DNA of 63,549 nucleotides from an uncultured Caulobacterales bacterium (GTDB lineage: Bacteria; Pseudomonadota; Alphaproteobacteria; Caulobacterales; Maricaulaceae), in contig CAZFWZ010000001.1 in the NCBI GenBank assembly GCA_964522765.1, positions 1 to 63,549 of the forward strand, read 5' to 3'. Position 1 is the stretch's first letter. Every line of letters starts with the position of its first letter. The translations under genes and the position numbers were made by a program. Positions 60,812-63,549 of the stretch are shown here, piece by piece. The notes beneath the pieces are model-generated. The model was given only the letters and a program-made list of their open reading frames with translations, did no database searches and was not told the origin of the DNA.

Positions 60812-61228
60812 TTATCTTACCGGCAATGCGTAGGTCACTGTCGCGCGGCTCGCTAATTTTTCGCTTGCGCCGCCTTTGATGTCTATACTCACCACAGCCA
60901 GAGACTTGCCTAGCTTTATCATGCGGCCTTCGGCGTGTAGATACTCGCCAAGGCAAGGGCGCAGAAAATCAATATTGAGATTGGAGGTGACCGCCATGGG
61001 GGTGATGCCCAGCAGAGTGAATATTACGCAATAGGCGCAATGGTCGGCTATAGCCATTTGCGTTGGGCCACTGATAAAATTGGGTGGACGTAAATTTCGT
61101 TCATCCACTTTTTGATGCATGAGGATATGCCCATCTTCCGCGAGCGTTATGTCAGGGAGTTGACCGCGGTCGCCCTTAAAATTTGCGAGAAAAAATGTGT
61201 TGAGTTCTGTAGCGCTGACCTTGGACAT
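60812..61228 (-). CDS. PaaI family (hotdog-fold) thioesterase
   Basis: NLRP..FISGP.QMA.AD, AVTSNLNIDFLR, ATVTYALP; start after AAGGGA. Confidence 0.88.
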   Translation of the reverse strand: MSKVSATELNTFFLANFKGDRGQLPDITLAEDGHILMHQKVDERNLRPPNFISGPTQMAIADHCAYCVIFTLLGITPMAVTSNLNIDFLRPCLGEYLHAEGRMIKLGKSLAVVSIDIKGGASEKLASRATVTYALPVR

Positions 61229-61397
61229 AATTTCCCTTTTGTTTTCGCTTAATCTGCTCACATATATGTGAAGACTAAGTGTATTGAACGTTTAGTTTAA
61301 GGCACCATCTGCTGTGGTATCAGTACGAAAGCAGAGCTTCATTTGCCGTATTTAAACCGATTGAATATTGAATATACTTTCTCTTAAGGAGATCCAG

Positions 61398-61676
61398 ATG
61401 ACAACCGAGATCATTATTTACAGTAAAGACTATTGCCCTTACTGTAAGCATGCAAAGGCGCTTTTAACTAAAAAAGGTGTAAGCTTCACAGAATTTGATA
61501 TCCTCGACAAAGAAGTGCTGACGCGCGAGATGATTGAAAAATCTGGTGGCCGCCGGACTGTACCGCAAATCTTCATTGGAGGATTTCATGTTGGCGGCGC
61601 AAGTGATTTGTTTGAACTTGAAGAGGCGGGTAAGCTCGACGAGCTTCTGAAAACCGTCAAAACAGCGGCGAACTGA
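61398..61676 (+). CDS. grxC: Glutaredoxin 3
   Basis: CPYC, RTVPQIFI, VGG.SDL; start after AAGGAG. Confidence 0.95.
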   Translation: MTTEIIIYSKDYCPYCKHAKALLTKKGVSFTEFDILDKEVLTREMIEKSGGRRTVPQIFIGGFHVGGASDLFELEEAGKLDELLKTVKTAAN

Positions 61677-61771
61677 TCTAACGGCAAGGTGCTTTAACCG
61701 TTACACGTCCTTCTAGCTCTATTCGTTTAGTGATTTGCGCACCTGCGCAAACATGTTAATAGTCTGGCCTT

Positions 61772-62269
61772 ATGCGCTGCCCATTTTGTAATTCCGAAGA
61801 CACGCAAGTCAAAGATAGCCGCCAAGCTGAAGACGGCTCGGCGGTGCGCCGCCGCCGTATGTGCGGCTCTTGCGGCGGGCGGTTCACAACATTTGAACGT
61901 GTGCAGCTTCGCGAGCTCACCGTTGTTAAAAAGAACGGCCGCCGCACGCCATTTGACCGCGATAAGCTTGCGCGCTCTGTGATGATCGCCATGCAAAAGC
62001 GTAATGTCAGCCCCGATAAGGTTGAGCAGATGATTAGCGGCGTAGTGCGTCAACTTGAAAGCTCTGGTAATAGTGATATCTCCTCTGATGAAATTGGCGC
62101 ATTAGTAATGGAAGGTCTTGCTGGGCTCGATAGCGTGGCCTATGTGCGCTATGCGTCTGTTTACAAAGACTTCCGCGCGACGCAAGATTTTGAAAAGTTC
62201 ATCGTCGGCGAAAACCTTGGCGATGATGACACGGCAGACGTTGATAAGATGGATAATTCTTCGCCGTGA
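61772..62269 (+). CDS. nrdR: Transcriptional repressor NrdR
   Basis: MRCPFC...KDSR...RRRR.C..C..RFTTFE, ATP-cone, [10 protein letters not shown]. Confidence 0.98.
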   Translation: MRCPFCNSEDTQVKDSRQAEDGSAVRRRRMCGSCGGRFTTFERVQLRELTVVKKNGRRTPFDRDKLARSVMIAMQKRNVSPDKVEQMISGVVRQLESSGNSDISSDEIGALVMEGLAGLDSVAYVRYASVYKDFRATQDFEKFIVGENLGDDDTADVDKMDNSSP

Positions 62270-62940
62270 AGCCTCCCGCATTCCGCCGCCCCTTTGTGAC
62301 ATTAAAACTTGCGACTTCCCTTGACGGTAAGATTGCGCTGGCCAATGGCCAGTCAGAATGGATTACAGCTGAGCGCTCGCGCGAGCAGGGACGACGCCTG
62401 CGCGCAGAGCATGACGCCATTGCCGTAGGCGCAAATACAGCCATCCTTGATAACCCGCAATTGACCACGCGTATTGCTGGCCGCTCCGACCCGCAGCGCG
62501 TGATTTTTGATAGTAATTTACGTCTTTCGCCCAGGTCTAATCTTGCGCAAACAGCGCGAGATATTCCTGTATTAGCTTTTCATGATGCTGAGCTAGATGC
62601 AGAAAATAATCCATTGAAAAAGCTAGGTGTTTTTTGCCTTCCGATTGCGCGAAAAGATGGCGGCCTAGATGTGGCCGAAGTTCTGACAGTACTGCGAAAC
62701 CGCGGAATTGAAACACTTTTAGTTGAAGGCGGCGGCACGCTAGCGGCAAGCTTTTTGAAGCTTGGCGTAGTCGACCGTATCGATTGGTTTCGTGCGCCTA
62801 TTATTCTTGGCGGGGATGGACGTAGCGCTATTGGCGAGCTTGGGATAGAGGCTATGAAAAATGTGTTTAAATTACCGCGCGTGCATTTGAGTGAGCTGGG
62901 TGACGACATTTATGAACGCTATCAAAAAGTAGAATCGTAA
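62266..62940 (+). CDS. ribD: RibD C-terminal reductase domain only (no deaminase domain)
   Basis: Begins at [13 protein letters not shown]; [27 protein letters not shown]; 224 aa; GTGA overlap with nrdR. Confidence 0.88.
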   Translation: MKPPAFRRPFVTLKLATSLDGKIALANGQSEWITAERSREQGRRLRAEHDAIAVGANTAILDNPQLTTRIAGRSDPQRVIFDSNLRLSPRSNLAQTARDIPVLAFHDAELDAENNPLKKLGVFCLPIARKDGGLDVAEVLTVLRNRGIETLLVEGGGTLAASFLKLGVVDRIDWFRAPIILGGDGRSAIGELGIEAMKNVFKLPRVHLSELGDDIYERYQKVES

Positions 62941-62947
62941 GAGAGTT

Positions 62948-63549
62948 ATGTTCACAGGCATCATTACAGACATTGGTACAATCAAAACCCTCTCGCGGAT
63001 TAAAGCCGGTGAAGCCAAAGGCGAATGGGGCGCTGACCTTCGTATGGAAGTAAACTGTTCTTATGACACATCTACTATAGATATTGGCGCGTCAATTTCC
63101 CATTCTGGCGCGTGTATGACGGTCATTGAAAAAGGCGAGAATTGGTACGCTATTGAGGTTTCGGATGCAAGCCTGTCCAAAACCACGCTCGGTGACTGGA
63201 CTGTGGGCGGCGAGATTAACCTTGAACGCGCCCTAACGGGTAAAGACGAAATGGGCGGGCATATGGTGACGGGGCATGTGGACGGCGTCGGCACACTGGT
63301 CGCGCTAACAGAGATTGCGGGCTCGCATAAACTTCGCTTTCGCGCACCTGATGATATGGCCTTTGGCATTGCACCTAAAGGATCTATCACGATTGACGGG
63401 GTCTCGCTGACGGTAAATGAGGTTCAGGCCAATGAGTTTGAGGTCAATATCATCCCTCACACGTGGCAAGTGACCACATTGGGGAAACTTCAGCTTGGCA
63501 GCAAAGTAAATCTGGAAATTGACCTCATCGCGCGCTATGTCGCCCGATA
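62948..63549 (+). CDS. ribE: Riboflavin synthase alpha chain (3' end runs off the window)
   Basis: My translation: MFTGIITDIG...GACMTV...INLERAL...GGHMVTGHVDG...KGSITIDGVSLTVN...NLEIDLIARY; not in the ORF track because no stop lies in the window. Confidence 0.95.
   Translation, partial: MFTGIITDIGTIKTLSRIKAGEAKGEWGADLRMEVNCSYDTSTIDIGASISHSGACMTVIEKGENWYAIEVSDASLSKTTLGDWTVGGEINLERALTGKDEMGGHMVTGHVDGVGTLVALTEIAGSHKLRFRAPDDMAFGIAPKGSITIDGVSLTVNEVQANEFEVNIIPHTWQVTTLGKLQLGSKVNLEIDLIARYVAR

Noticed and set aside
63061-63390. 109-aa minus-strand ORF at the window end
   Set aside because: Antisense to ribE, which is clearly the real gene on the plus strand

Overview
Gene-dense core-chromosome segment of an alphaproteobacterium. 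The PopA-like gene, hdaA/purM layout, ALAS-type hemA and DUF2849-cysI operon suggest a Caulobacterales/Maricaulales-like lineage (inference). About 60 CDS are present: lrp/ald, ABC-F, ndk, orphan TadG-vWA, purNM, hdaA, rluA/rnd, SulP, M1 aminopeptidase, recG/sdhE/mfd, popA-like, rpoH, parE, a large acidic autotransporter, a sulfate-reduction operon, a nearly complete his operon, rpoZ, TRAP transporter, bpt, SLC13, hemB/hemA/glyA, grxC, nrdR, ribD and a truncated ribE. I saw no rRNA, tRNA, CRISPR array, IS element or prophage. The most unusual features are: (1) an in-frame HisC-HisB(IGPD) fusion in a gammaproteobacterial-style his operon led by a TrpR/YerC-like repressor, with a palindromic operator over its promoter; (2) a DUF934-CysH (APS reductase) fusion in a cys operon divergent from an XRE-cupin regulator, with a perfect 16-bp palindrome between them; (3) a reductase-only RibD; (4) an orphan membrane protein with a consensus sigma54 promoter; (5) nested EcfG-like and sigma32-like promoters at rpoH; (6) an I78 protease-inhibitor-like lipoprotein with a large loop insertion. 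Family assignments come from motif recognition by eye; no database searches were run.
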